From NCBI GenBank assembly GCA_034717395.1, contig JAYELJ010000049.1, positions 1 through 44,029 on the forward strand: DNA of 44,029 nucleotides. Reading direction: 5' to 3'. The number at the start of each line of letters is the position of its first letter. Position 1 is the first letter of the stretch. Source of the DNA: Patescibacteria group bacterium (GTDB lineage Bacteria > Patescibacteriota > Gracilibacteria > JAYELJ01). The notes below the pieces were generated by a model. It was not told the DNA's origin. It did no database searches and was given only the letters and a program-made list of their open reading frames with translations. Shown here piece after piece: positions 13,968 through 24,715 of this stretch. The translations under genes and the position numbers were made by a program.

Positions 13968-16631
13968 ATGAACGATATTGTTCTTATATCTATATATGTT
14001 GTAACCTGATATAGCCTATGACTATATATAAGTTATCAGGTTATAAAATCTATTGTCTTACTCTACGTTAAAAAAAGAGCTCAAAACAACATTAAGTATC
14101 TACAAGAAGAAAGAGAAAAGATTATCATCAAGATCACCACACCCAAAACAAACAACAAATGACCAAGAATGACAGAGCAACTCCTAGAATCTCTTCACAG
14201 CCTATATAAAGACATATGATTCTGGGAGAGCTTCAAAGGAACTGACTATCAAGAACAATTTTCATTTGAGATTGTTCAAGAAAAAGGGAATATCACTTTC
14301 TATATATGGACATACAATGACCTCTATGAATTCCTTTCAAACCAGATTTATGCTCAATACCCCAATGCTGAAATAGAAATCAGTGATGACTATATAGAAT
14401 CTTTTCGTGATTTTCAATCAGGAGACATGGTAGAACTCGAGCTTGAAGAAAATGAACTTTACCCTGTAAAAACTTTCAATCTCCTACAAGGAGGAAGTAA
14501 AGACGAATCAATTGATTCTTTGTCTGCTCTTCTAGCCCCTCTTTCAAATCTAGACCACAAACAAGAAACTATTATATTTCAATACATATTGACCCCAGAG
14601 CATGAGAAATGGAAAGAGAGCTCTCATAAGCTTGAACTTGCCATTGAAAAACAAGAAACTATAGCAAATAAAATAGCATCAGCATCTAAATTCCCTTTGT
14701 TGCTTAACATAGCCCTTCTCCCTTTCTCTATATTAGTCAAAATTATTCAAAAACTTGGAAAAAAAGAAGAAAACACCGAAGAAGAACAAAAAGAAAGCAA
14801 AGGTCTCAGCGACAAGGACAAAGGAAAGATACAAGCATTACAACAAAAAGAAGAGAAACCAGCATTTAGATGTATCATTAGAGCAGCTTATCTCAGAAAA
14901 GATCAGGATAAATCTTTCTCTAAAACAAAGATGCAGTCTATTACTGGTTCATTTAGACAGTTTAACAGTCAACACAATTCATTCATTCATAAGAAGCCTT
15001 TTCTTAAAGAGGGGCTCTGGGGGAAAAAACGAGATCTATCTTTTAAAGAAATCTATTCATTACTTAAAACACGATCTTTCAATAAACCAGGGATTCTTCT
15101 TAACATCGAAGAGATAGCAAGCGTATATCATTTGCCCAATACAAATGTTAATGTACCGAATATCCAATACACACCATATCAGAAACTTGAAGCACCCGTA
15201 AATCTCCCAACACCAGAAAATACAGATGAAGCTCTTACCATGATGGGATATACCAATTTCAGAAATCAGAAGAAACTATTCGGAATGACACCGAATGACA
15301 GAAGACGACATCTCTATGTCATATGAAAAACAGGTATGGGGAAATCAACCATACTAAGCAACATGATTCATGAAGACATCCAGATGGGACGAGGGGTTTG
15401 TGTTATCGACCCTCATGGTGACCTTGCTGACGACGCATTAGCATCTGTTCCTAAACACAGAGTAAAAGATGTTGTTCTCTTTGATCCTTCTGACCGAGAT
15501 AATCCAGTAGCTCTGAATATGTTTGATAATGAAGACCCTAATAAAAAACCTCTTATTGCCTCTGGTATTGTAGCGGTACTAAAAAAACTCAATGCTGATT
15601 CATGGGGACCCAGACTCGAATATATTCTAAGAAACACTACACTAGCACTTCTCGACTTCCCTGGAAGCACATTTCTTGGAATACTCCGCATGTATACAGA
15701 CGAGTACTTTCGAAACAGAGTGGTTAAGGAAATTCAAGATCCTGTAGTAAAACGATTTTGGATCGAAGAATTTGGCAAGCTAGAACAAAAACAAATATTG
15801 GAACAAGTAGGGTCTATTCAAAACAAAGTAGGACAATTCTTATCTAATTCTATTATTAGAAATATATTAGGTCAGACCAAGAGTAGTATTGATATTCGAA
15901 AAATTATGGATGAAGGGAAGATACTGATTGTAAACCTCTCAAAAGGGAAGATTGGAGAAGATAATGCTACCCTGCTTGGATCTATGCTTATCACAAAAAT
16001 ACAGTTGGATGTAATGGGACGAGCTGACATGAAAGAAGAAGATCGAAAAGATTTCTATCTCTATGTGGATGAATTTCAAAACTTTGCTACTGATTCATTT
16101 GGAACTATACTTTCTGAAGCTCGTAAATACAAACTCAACCTTACCATGGCCAACCAATATGTTGCACAAATGCCTGATTCTGTAAGAGATGCCGTATTTG
16201 GAAACATTGGTTCTATGGTTACGTTTCAAGTAGGTGTAGATGATACCCCTCTATTTGTAAGACAATACGGAGAACAAGTTACAGAGACAGATCTTATGGA
16301 GATCGGGAAATTCAAATACTATACAAGAATGCTTATCAATGGTATGCCATCCAATCCATTCTCTGTTGATGCACTTCCACCACCACGAGATGAAGTGGAC
16401 CATAATACTATTATTGAAGCTATTCGATACTCACGAGACAACTATACAAAAAAATCTTCAGAGGTAGAAGAAGAAATTGATAGCTGGGAGAAAAAATATG
16501 AAGATCCAAAAAAAGGAGAGAAAGAAAAAAAACTTGCTGATAAAAAATCAGCATATGAAGCCAAAAAAGCACAGCTTATTAAAGAAGGGAAATGGGATCC
16601 CGCAGGATTTAACAAAAAGAAAAATGGATAA
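13968..16631 (+). CDS. Membrane-anchored VirD4/TraG/TraD-like (type IV coupling-protein-like) P-loop ATPase with a Lys/Glu-rich tail
   Basis: The frame from ATG 13968 is open through 5 in-frame TGAs and joins track ORFs 14427..15326 and 15336..16631. The N-terminus has a TM helix. TGA 15324-15326 supplies the first Gly of Walker A (YVI-G-KTGMGKST). A Walker B/TraM-recognition-type motif is present (FYLYVDEFQNFAT). Stop is TAA 16629-16631. Confidence 0.7.
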
Positions 16632-16635
16632 ATAT

Positions 16636-16666
16636 AAAAAGCACACAATTTGACTGTGTGCTTTTT
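16636..16666. terminator. Bidirectional terminator between the convergent ATPase gene and hisS
   Basis: Stem aaaaagcacaca / tgtgtgcttttt has a 7-nt loop. A/T runs flank both sides. Confidence 0.6.
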
Positions 16667-16667
16667 A

Positions 16668-17933
16668 TTAATTTATAAACTTATCTGTAAAGAATGGAAG
16701 AATCTCTTCGAAGACTATTCTTTCTTGTGAATTATCTTTCATATCCCTAATTAAAGCATTTCCTTCTATGATCTCCATTTCCCCTAATATTACAGCATAC
16801 TGAGCCTGATATCTTTCTGCTACTAATAGCTGTGACTTGAGCGGTCCAGAACCTAAACTCATCACTGTTTTTATTCCACTATCCCTCATATCATTCATAA
16901 GAGCAAAAGCCTTCTTCTTCGCATTTTCTCATAGTGTTACCAGAAGAACATGAATATCATCCTTATCTTCAACTAAGATATCTTGAGCATGAATAATATC
17001 CATAAGAACATCTATTGATCATGAAAACCCAAACGCTGGAATCTCCTTCGTAGAACCCATCTTTTGAGAAAGAGAATCGTGACGTCCCCCTGTTCCAAGC
17101 AATACAGACATATCTCCTGATGTGTATTTTACTGAAAACACAATATCATTATGATTCTCTAGAGATACAGAAGGAACTCCTTCTGATACATATGGCAATT
17201 CCATAATATCTAAAAAATCCTTAACCTTCTGATAATGATCTTTTGATTTTTTATTAATGTAACTGTCTGATAATGGTGCAAGGTCTGAAAGAATTTTACA
17301 ATCCTCTTCTGCACATGTTAATAAAGAAAAAGGAGATTCTTCTTCCAAAGACTTTCTACAATCATCACATAAGTTTCTTTCTTTTCCTGTATAATAGTTC
17401 ATCAGCGCTAATCGATATTTCTCTTTTGATTTATCATCTCCGAGACTATGTATAACAAACTGAATATTTTCTGCAATACCGAGATCTTGATAGATTTTAT
17501 AGAGAACGCTCATTCATTCTGCTGCAATAACAGGGTCTTTTTGTCCTATAATTTCAAATCCATATTCATAATAAGAACTAATCATATCACCTTCTTTTCT
17601 AAACATTTCTTGTAGATGATATAACTGTACTGGTTGCACCCACTCTTTCATATCGTTCTCTAGATAAGAACGCATAATAGATGTAGGACTACACGAACGC
17701 AAAGCCTGTGTCTTTGAAATAGTACAAATGTTCTCTTTATTTAATACAGACTCTCCTATACCAACAGGCTCTATTCCCGATGTAGTAATCCTACGAAAAC
17801 CTGACTGCCTCATTCTCTTACGCAAATACTTTTTAAAAAAGGTTGCATATTTATGAGCAGAAGGAAGAACATCTCCTGAAACACCTAGTGTCTTTTCATT
17901 CTCTGAATCAATAAGCCGAATATTCTCAGACAT
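16668..17933 (-). CDS. hisS: Histidine--tRNA ligase
   Basis: Four same-frame pieces (track ORFs 17514..17954, 17019..17513 and 16668..16898, plus an untracked piece) are joined by TGAs at 17514-17516, 17019-17021 and 16929-16931. Class II motif 3 is present (GTGGRHDSL....IPAFGFS-G-S). The anticodon-binding domain lies at the C-terminus. Start is ATG 17931-17933 (MSENIRL). Confidence 0.85.
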
Positions 17934-17998
17934 AGTATATATTAAAAATAACAAATAAAACTAATGGTTTGGTATTTATCAATATAGCAAAAATATTC

Positions 17999-18862
17999 TT
18001 ATTCATCAATATGATAATTCGTATTTGTTACAAAAATAGTTTCAATTCATCAGGTATTTAAAGCACTTAGAACTTGATTATGAGGGTGTCTATATATATT
18101 ACCATCTCCAAACTGAATCACTCATGTTTGAGGATCTATATAAGAAAGCCAATCTGCAGAGGAACTAGAAGACGATCCATGATGAGCTAGTTGTAATATA
18201 TCTATATCCAGACCCTCTTGGTACCTATCCATAATGATGGATTCTATATCTTTTGATATATCTCAGGTAAGTAAGATAGCTCTATCATGAAATTGTATCT
18301 TATGCACCAGAGAAGTATTGTTTATATCCGGCACTCTTTTTTGAAATACAGCATGTCAGTCAAAAGGGTACAAAGTATCTATAAAAATATTATCTGATAC
18401 AGATAAGTCATCATTTATATCTCCTTGCACAATATTCATTCCTAGATTTTTTTCTTTTATAGAGGCTGATAGAACATTCTCATACAAAAGACTTTTCTTT
18501 AACACCCCTGTTATATGAAGGTTTTCAATATTGTATGTTTCGAGTAAATACAGCAATCATTCCATATGATCTCTATCTGGGTGACTTATATACACATGTT
18601 CTATGGTTCGATCCCAAAAAGGGATTTCTTTGGATAATGGGTGCGCTATATTTGCATAGGCTCCAGTATCAAATAAAAAATCTGTTCCATCTTCCAATCT
18701 CAACAGAAATGAGTGGCCTTGACCAACAGCTAAGAAGACACCTTTTTCTCTATCTTTTTTATATTCCAAAAAAATGAGAAAGAGAGATGAACAAGAAAAC
18801 AATACTGTTATTAGGATACGAAAACACATAAGAATTAGAAAATTACTATTATTTTTTGACAT
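17999..18862 (-). CDS. Membrane-anchored metallo-beta-lactamase-fold protein of the ComEC/Rec2 C-terminal type
   Basis: Track ORFs 18557..18862 and 18356..18556 continue in frame to TAA 17999-18001 through 6 in-frame TGAs. The N-terminus has a TM helix. Motifs are ISHPDRDHME-G and LQLAHHGSSSSS, as in ComEC beta-lactamase domains. Confidence 0.65.
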
Positions 18863-18936
18863 TATAGCGTCTTTCTACTAGAATGCATAGGCTTTGAAAA
18901 ATAGCTTCTGTTTTATTTCATATACTCTTTACTCAT

Positions 18937-19083
18937 ATGTTTGGAAAGAAAAAACAAAGACGTCGTGCTCGAGTACATGGGTTCCTGCGTCGTATGCGTA
19001 CTCCGGATGGACGTAATGTAATCAAATCAAGACGCCGTAAAGGTCGTCATGTACTTACAGTTCGCCCTTCGAAAATCAAATAA
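18937..19083 (+). CDS. rpmH: 50S ribosomal protein L34
   Basis: Not in the track because it is under 60 aa. The ORF encodes [48 protein letters not shown], followed by TAA. Confidence 0.85.
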   Translation: MFGKKKQRRRARVHGFLRRMRTPDGRNVIKSRRRKGRHVLTVRPSKIK

Positions 19084-19095
19084 TCACCCTATTCT

Positions 19096-19461
19096 TTGCT
19101 TCCGAAACAAAATAGATTCCATAACAAGAAATATTTTCTTCGTGTACAACGTATAGGAAAACAAAAGAGAGCGAGCATACTATATGCTCGCTTTCTTTTT
19201 CAGAAAATCAAAAAACCAAATAGGTTTGCTGTTGTAGTTAGTCGAAAATTTGATAACAGAGCTGTAAAACGAAACCTAGTCCGTAGGAGAGTCTATCAAG
19301 CTATAGAAGAAGCGCAGTGGCACTTGCCCCAGGGTCAGGATATTATAATCTATTTACAAGCTGGTATATTTGAAAAATGAAGTTCTCAAGTACCAAAATA
19401 CAGTGATATACTACAGGATATCAAATCACTTCAAGCCAATAATAGAAATCATAAACGATAA
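19096..19461 (+). CDS. rnpA: Ribonuclease P protein component
   Basis: Track ORF 19096..19380 (FAVVVSRKFDNRAVKRNLVRRRV) follows rpmH as in most bacteria. Read-through of TGA 19378-19380 reaches TAA 19459-19461. The start is TTG. Confidence 0.7.
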
Positions 19462-19472
19462 AAACTTGCATT

Positions 19473-19510
19473 AAGAAGCTCAATATATTAAAATTATTGA
19501 GCTTCTTTTT
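19473..19510 (+). terminator. Rho-independent terminator after rnpA
   Basis: Stem aagaagctcaata / tattgagcttctt is followed by ttt. Confidence 0.55.
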
Positions 19511-19715
19511 CCTTGTTTATATATATTCCTTTCTGTGAAATAGGTTATTGGTTTATCTTATTTTGATTGTTTCAATACAAAACAGAGCTTCTAACGAACA
19601 TCCCTGTCTACAAGCTTAAATATATTTTATTCCGCATGTCTTCCCGATATGCCGTCTGAGATATATTTAGTAAAAAGAGGTTTTATAATGTTTATATCGT
19701 TTTTATATATATACT

Positions 19716-20144
19716 ATGTCAAAAAAAGCTAGTAAAATTGTAAAACTTCAAATTGATGCAGGTAAAGCGAACCCTGCTCCACCGGTAGGGACTGCTCTTG
19801 GTCCTACTGGAGTAAATATGCAAGAATTCTGTCAGCAATTTAATGACAGAACAAAAGATCTTATGGGATTTAAAGTTCCTGTTGCTATCTATATCAACGA
19901 CGATCGCACATTTACTTTTGAAACAAAACAACCTCCAATGTCTGGACTTATCAAGCATGAGCTTGGTATCCAAAAAGGTTCTGGAGTACCAAATAAAGAT
20001 AAGGTGGGGCATCTTACAGTAGATCAAATGAGATCTATTGCTGAACGCAAAATGCAAGACCTTAATGCAAATGATATTGAAGCAGCTATGAAACAAGTAG
20101 CTGGTTCAGCTCGTGCTATGGGTATCACTTCTGATGCTGTATAG
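19716..20144 (+). CDS. rplK: 50S ribosomal protein L11
   Basis: Track ORF with the L11 signature ([34 protein letters not shown]). Stop is TAG. Confidence 0.9.
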   Translation: MSKKASKIVKLQIDAGKANPAPPVGTALGPTGVNMQEFCQQFNDRTKDLMGFKVPVAIYINDDRTFTFETKQPPMSGLIKHELGIQKGSGVPNKDKVGHLTVDQMRSIAERKMQDLNANDIEAAMKQVAGSARAMGITSDAV

Positions 20145-20165
20145 TCTATATCATTGAAATCAAAG

Positions 20166-20204
20166 ATAACAAAAAACTCACCAATTTGGTGAGTTTTTTG
20201 TTAT
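20166..20204. terminator. Bidirectional terminator between rplK and secY
   Basis: A 17-bp stem (ataacaaaaaactcacc / ggtgagttttttgttat) surrounds a short aatt(t) loop. Confidence 0.65.
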
Positions 20205-20215
20205 GAAAAACTTTT

Positions 20216-21505
20216 CTATAGTTTCTCATAATCATTCATATTCAAGTAACCATTAATTTGGCGAATAAGGTCTAACACAACTCCTACAATAATAAGAAGA
20301 GATGCTCCTGAAATAAGAAATGGTACAGTACCAAAATTCATTTCAGAGAATACATTTGAAAGAACAAGAGGGAATGCTGCTATAAAAGCAAGAAACAGCC
20401 CACCCCATAGATTCAAACGCATAGAAACCATAGAAAGATATGATGATGTTTCTTTTCCAGGACGAACACCTGTTATATACGAACCTCTTTTTTGTAGATT
20501 ATCTGCAATTTCTTCTGGTTTGAATGTAATTGATACATAAAAATATGTAAAAAAGAAAACAAAGATAAAAAGAGCAATAATATACCCCCATGATGTTCCT
20601 GAACCCGATGTCTGAGCAAGAACAGATTGAGCTGTCTCACGAATCCAAGGAGTTGTCGCATTCACAAAGAATGAAGCAAGAATAGAAGGGAAGAGAATCA
20701 TAGATGTCGCAAAGATGATTGGGATCATCCCTGCTTGGTTGATACGAACAGGAAAGAATGTTGGAGCTCCCGCTGCACTACGACCTGTATATGATAGTGA
20801 AATTTGTCTTTTAGACTCATTTACTAACACTATAAATACTGTAAGAGCAAGAGTTACCAATGCAAGGATTCCAAGCATTACATAAAGCTTTTGATTTCCT
20901 TCTGCGATCTGTACTCCTGAAAACAGAAGAGCAGGGAGAGAAGATATAATTCCCGTCATAATGATAAGAGATATACCATTCCCTATTCCTTTTTCTGTCA
21001 TAAGTTCTCCCAGCCACATAAGAAATATAGTTCCTGCTGTGATTGTAAGAATAATAGGAATAAGAACAGAGAGAGAACCAATATTATTAACCACAGGAAC
21101 TTGTTGATTCATCAACATAATCATCCCATACGATTGCATAATAGCTAAAGGCACAGTAAGCCAACGAGTATACTTTGAAAGCACACGACGCCCAGACTCA
21201 CCTTCTTTTTGTAGAGCTTCCATACTTGGAATAATTACTCAAAGAAGCTGAATGATAATCACAGCATTAATATAAGGAGCAAGCCCCATAAGAACTACTG
21301 AGAAATTCTGAAGTTGACCACCTGTAAGCAAAGAAAATGCACCAAGTACTTGTGATCCCTCCATAAGCACACGTATCGCATCAAGATTAGCTCCTGGTAC
21401 TGATACATGTGATATAAGACGGTAAACAACAAGTGCAAGAATAGTAAACAGAATCTTATTACGAAGCTCTGTTATAGAAAAAATCTTATGGAAACTTTCA
21501 AACAT
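20216..21505 (-). CDS. secY: Preprotein translocase subunit SecY
   Basis: Track ORFs 21239..21514 and 20216..21223 are in frame and joined by TGA 21239-21241. SecY motifs and 10 TM segments are present. It is the last gene of the r-protein cluster. Start is ATG 21503-21505. Stop is TAG. Confidence 0.9.
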
Positions 21506-21524
21506 AACTTGCAAGGTGTTAATA

Positions 21525-21968
21525 TTAAGATAAAGAAAGCGAAGATCCTGCTTTTGAAAGAGATTCTAATGCAAGTTTTGATGCCTTTTCTGCTTCAATC
21601 ACAAGTTTTTTAGAAACTTCTCCATTTGCAAGGATTTTTACTGGAAGCTTTTCAGATCCAATAAGTCCTGCTTTTTTCATCATAAGTTTTGTTACTGTTC
21701 CTTCCTCAAAACGATTGAGAGAAGAAAGAGAAACAGGTTGGTTCTCTTTACGGTTAGGATTACGGAATCCACGTTTTTTTGGCATGCGCTGAATAAGAGA
21801 AGTTTGACCCCCTTCAAATCCATGACGAACTCCACCTCCACTACGTGCATTTTGACCATTACATCCACGACCAGAGTATGTACCCAAGCCTGAACCATTC
21901 CCTCTTCCTACTCTCTTACGAGAGAATGAAGATCCTGGGTTTGGTTTCAATGTATTTTGCTGAAGCAT
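21525..21968 (-). CDS. rplO: 50S ribosomal protein L15
   Basis: Track ORF with a Gly/Arg-rich L15 N-terminus (RVGRGNGSGLGTYSGRG). It sits in the spc-cluster position. Confidence 0.9.
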   Translation of the reverse strand: MLQQNTLKPNPGSSFSRKRVGRGNGSGLGTYSGRGCNGQNARSGGGVRHGFEGGQTSLIQRMPKKRGFRNPNRKENQPVSLSSLNRFEEGTVTKLMMKKAGLIGSEKLPVKILANGEVSKKLVIEAEKASKLALESLSKAGSSLSLS

Positions 21969-21981
21969 AAATATAAATATG

Positions 21982-22446
21982 TTATGATTTTATTTCTGCA
22001 AGTGCGTATAATGCCGCTTGAGCATTATTAATACGATTAGTTGATCCAAGACGTTTTGCAAGTACATTTTTGTATCCTGCTAGGTCGAGAACCGTACGAA
22101 GCGAGCTCCCTGCAATAATCCCAGTCCCTTCTGCAGCAGGAAGGATCAGAATTTTTGAGGCTTTAAATTTAAGAGAAATTTCATGAGGAAGAGTACCAGT
22201 CTCTGTTATAGAAACACGAAGCAAATTTTTCTTTGCCTGAGCAACTGCTTTTTGGATAGCAGTTACAACTTCAACTGATTTCCCCATACCAATTCCAACT
22301 TTACCTTTTCGGTTTCCTACTACGACAGTAGCACGAAAACGCATACGACGACCACCTTTTTGAACACGTGTTACACGATCCAATTGAATAATTTCTTCAA
22401 AAAATTCAGAGGCCATTTTTCATTTCATCGCTTTTGGTTTAGCCAT
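21982..22446 (-). CDS. rpsE: 30S ribosomal protein S5
   Basis: Track ORF 21982..22416 (RVTRVQKGGRRMRFRATVVVGN). An in-frame upstream extension MAKPKAMK-G(TGA 22420-22422)-K gives a normal-length N-terminus. The start is uncertain (22446, 22428 or 22416). Confidence 0.85.
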
Positions 22447-22468
22447 GTTGAAACAGAATGTTTAAAAG

Positions 22469-22816
22469 TTAAAACTGAAGTCAAGCATCTCTTGCTCCAT
22501 CAGCAAGAGCTTTTACACGACCATGATAAAGGAATCCATTACGATCGAAAACGATTTTTGAAATCCCTTTACCTTTTGCTAGTTCGGCAATTTTTTGCCC
22601 AACTTGTTTCGCCTTTTCTGATTTTGTTCCTGTCATCTCTTTAAATTGAAGATCTGATGCAGAAGCAAGAACTACGCCTGCTTGGTCAATAATCTGCGCA
22701 TAAATTGATGCATTCGAACGAAAAACAGATAAACGAGGACGATCTGAGCTTGTCGTGATAGTTGCTGAGATACGCGTCTTACGACGCATACGAGCAAAGT
22801 CTTTCGAAATAGACAT
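22469..22816 (-). CDS. rplR: 50S ribosomal protein L18
   Basis: Track ORF 22481..22816 ends at TGA 22481-22483. Reading it as Gly gives ...KALADGARDA-G-LQF, then TAA 22469-22471. This reproduces the canonical L18 C-terminus AGL-x-F. Confidence 0.9.
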
Positions 22817-22843
22817 AACAACAGAATAAATTACAAATAATAA

Positions 22844-23386
22844 CTATTTGGCTGATTTACCAGCTTTACGACGAACATATTCTCCTTCGTAACGAATACC
22901 TTTCCCTTTGTACGGTTCTGGCTTACGAAGTTTGCGGATATCTGCAGCAATTTGACCAACAGCTTGTTTGTCTATTCCTGATATCACAATAATATTTTTG
23001 TTCCCCGGGTCTATAGATAAAACAATTCCATCCATAGGTTTGATAACAACAGGATGAGAAAACCCTAGACTCAGATTAAGATCTTTTCCTTGAACTTGAG
23101 CTTTATACCCAACCCCAACGATTTCTAGACGTTTTTCAAAACCTTTTGTTACTCCATCTACTGCATTTTGAATGAGTGTACGTGTAAGCCCATGCAATCC
23201 TCTTTCTTCAGGAAGGTCTGAGTTACGCGTTACAACCACTTCCTTTTCTTCAACTGTAACATTGACTTTTGAGTGACAAGGAACAGAAAGATCACCTTTT
23301 GGTCCTTTTACAAGCAAATTACTACCTACAAGAGAAGCAGTAACACCAGAAGGAATAGCTACCGGTAATTTTCCAATACGAGACAT
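22844..23386 (-). CDS. rplF: 50S ribosomal protein L6
   Basis: Track ORF beginning MSRIGKLPVAIPSGV. Cluster position fits. Confidence 0.9.
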   Translation of the reverse strand: MSRIGKLPVAIPSGVTASLVGSNLLVKGPKGDLSVPCHSKVNVTVEEKEVVVTRNSDLPEERGLHGLTRTLIQNAVDGVTKGFEKRLEIVGVGYKAQVQGKDLNLSLGFSHPVVIKPMDGIVLSIDPGNKNIIVISGIDKQAVGQIAADIRKLRKPEPYKGKGIRYEGEYVRRKAGKSAK

Positions 23387-23472
23387 GGAAGAATAGTTTA
23401 AAAACTAAAAAGTGAAATATTATGAGTTATACAAAAGTTATTCATATACAATTCATAATTTTCAATTTACTA

Positions 23473-23853
23473 TTAATATACAAGACACACATATTCACCA
23501 CCTAGGCCTTGTTTGTATGCATCTTTTCCGGAAATAACCCCTTGTGAAGTAGAAATGATAGAAATACCATGACCATTACGCACAGGTTTGATTTCTGAAG
23601 CTTTTACATACATACGTTGACCTGGTTTGGATACACGACGGAGTGTCATAGCACTATTTGGCTTAAGAGTTATTTCTAACTCTTTAAATTTACCACTTTC
23701 AACAACTTTAAGGTCTTGAATGAAGTTTTTTTCCAATAACACTTTTACAACCGAATGTTTCATTTTTGAATATGGAGCCATTACAACATTCTTACGAGAC
23801 ATTTGTCCATTACGGATGCGTGTAAGAATATCGGCAATTGGATCGAATATCAT
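23473..23853 (-). CDS. rpsH: 30S ribosomal protein S8
   Basis: Track ORF. Start set at ATG 23851-23853 (MIFDPIADILTRIRNG). Confidence 0.9.
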   Translation of the reverse strand: MIFDPIADILTRIRNGQMSRKNVVMAPYSKMKHSVVKVLLEKNFIQDLKVVESGKFKELEITLKPNSAMTLRRVSKPGQRMYVKASEIKPVRNGHGISIISTSQGVISGKDAYKQGLGGEYVCLVY

Positions 23854-23910
23854 GAAAATCCAAATATAAAAAATATAAAATTTCAAATATAATTAAGAGA
23901 AAGATATATC

Positions 23911-24135
23911 CTACCAAGAAGATTTTTTGAGACCAACCACTTGACCTGAATCGGCAAGCTGACGGAAACAAATACGACAAAGTTGGAATTTACGCATATA
24001 TCCGTGTCGACGACCGCAAATCTGACAACGACGATAATTACGAACACCCATTACTGGAGTTCTCCCGTCTTTCAGAGCGCTAAGATAGCGCTGATTGAGC
24101 CGTCTTGTTTTCACAATAAGAGCTTTGCGAGCCAA
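23911..24135 (-). CDS. rpsN: 30S ribosomal protein S14 (zinc-binding type Z)
   Basis: Track ORF with [22 protein letters not shown] (CxxC...CxxC) and a C-terminal W. The start is TTG. Confidence 0.85.
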   Translation of the reverse strand: MARKALIVKTRRLNQRYLSALKDGRTPVMGVRNYRRCQICGRRHGYMRKFQLCRICFRQLADSGQVVGLKKSSW

Positions 24136-24155
24136 AGTACTAGAGGGTTAAAGAT

Positions 24156-24692
24156 TTATTTTTTGAAAGGAAAGTTGAGCGCATTTAATAGAGCCAAGCC
24201 TTGTTCTTTCGTTTGAGCTGTTGTTGAAAGAGTTATTTGAAGTCCATGGACTTTATTTAAATCTTCTACAACAATTTCTGGGAACACTGATGTTTCACGA
24301 AGCCCAATGTTAAAATTTCCTTGATTATCAAATGATTTATTTGAAATACCACGGAAATCTCGTACACGAGGAAATGCGATTGTCAGTAATTTCTCTAGAA
24401 AATCAAACTTTTTCTGACCACGAAGAGTAACAGAAAGAGCAACAGGCATCCCTTCACGAAGTTTGAAATTTGATACAGATTTTTTTGCGAGACGAAGTAC
24501 TGGTTTTTGTCCAGTAATGAGACGAAGATTATTTTCAATATGAGAATAATCTTTCATTCCTTTTGTAACAAGAGAACCTATACCCACCTGCACAACAATC
24601 TTATCAATCGTCGGTACTTCCATAGAATTTTTAATTCCTAGTTCTGATTGAACTTTTGGAAGTACTTCATTTTTATAAGTTTCAACAAACAT
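24156..24692 (-). CDS. rplE: 50S ribosomal protein L5
   Basis: Track ORF with L5 motifs (NFKLREGMPVALSVTLRG, FPRVRDFRG). Confidence 0.9.
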   Translation of the reverse strand: MFVETYKNEVLPKVQSELGIKNSMEVPTIDKIVVQVGIGSLVTKGMKDYSHIENNLRLITGQKPVLRLAKKSVSNFKLREGMPVALSVTLRGQKKFDFLEKLLTIAFPRVRDFRGISNKSFDNQGNFNIGLRETSVFPEIVVEDLNKVHGLQITLSTTAQTKEQGLALLNALNFPFKK

Positions 24693-24715
24693 AAATAATG
24701 ACGTTAAAATAAAAT

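Noticed and set aside
14755-15117. The Lys-rich alternative-frame ORF inside the VirD4-like gene
   Set aside because: It is out of frame with a well-supported CDS. It is produced by the A-rich Lys/Glu-coding insert.
18863-18936. Promoters for the divergent MBL gene and rpmH, including a TATAAT overlapping the MBL ATG
   Set aside because: The spacing to any -35 element or to the start codon is not convincing on either strand. No promoter is called here.
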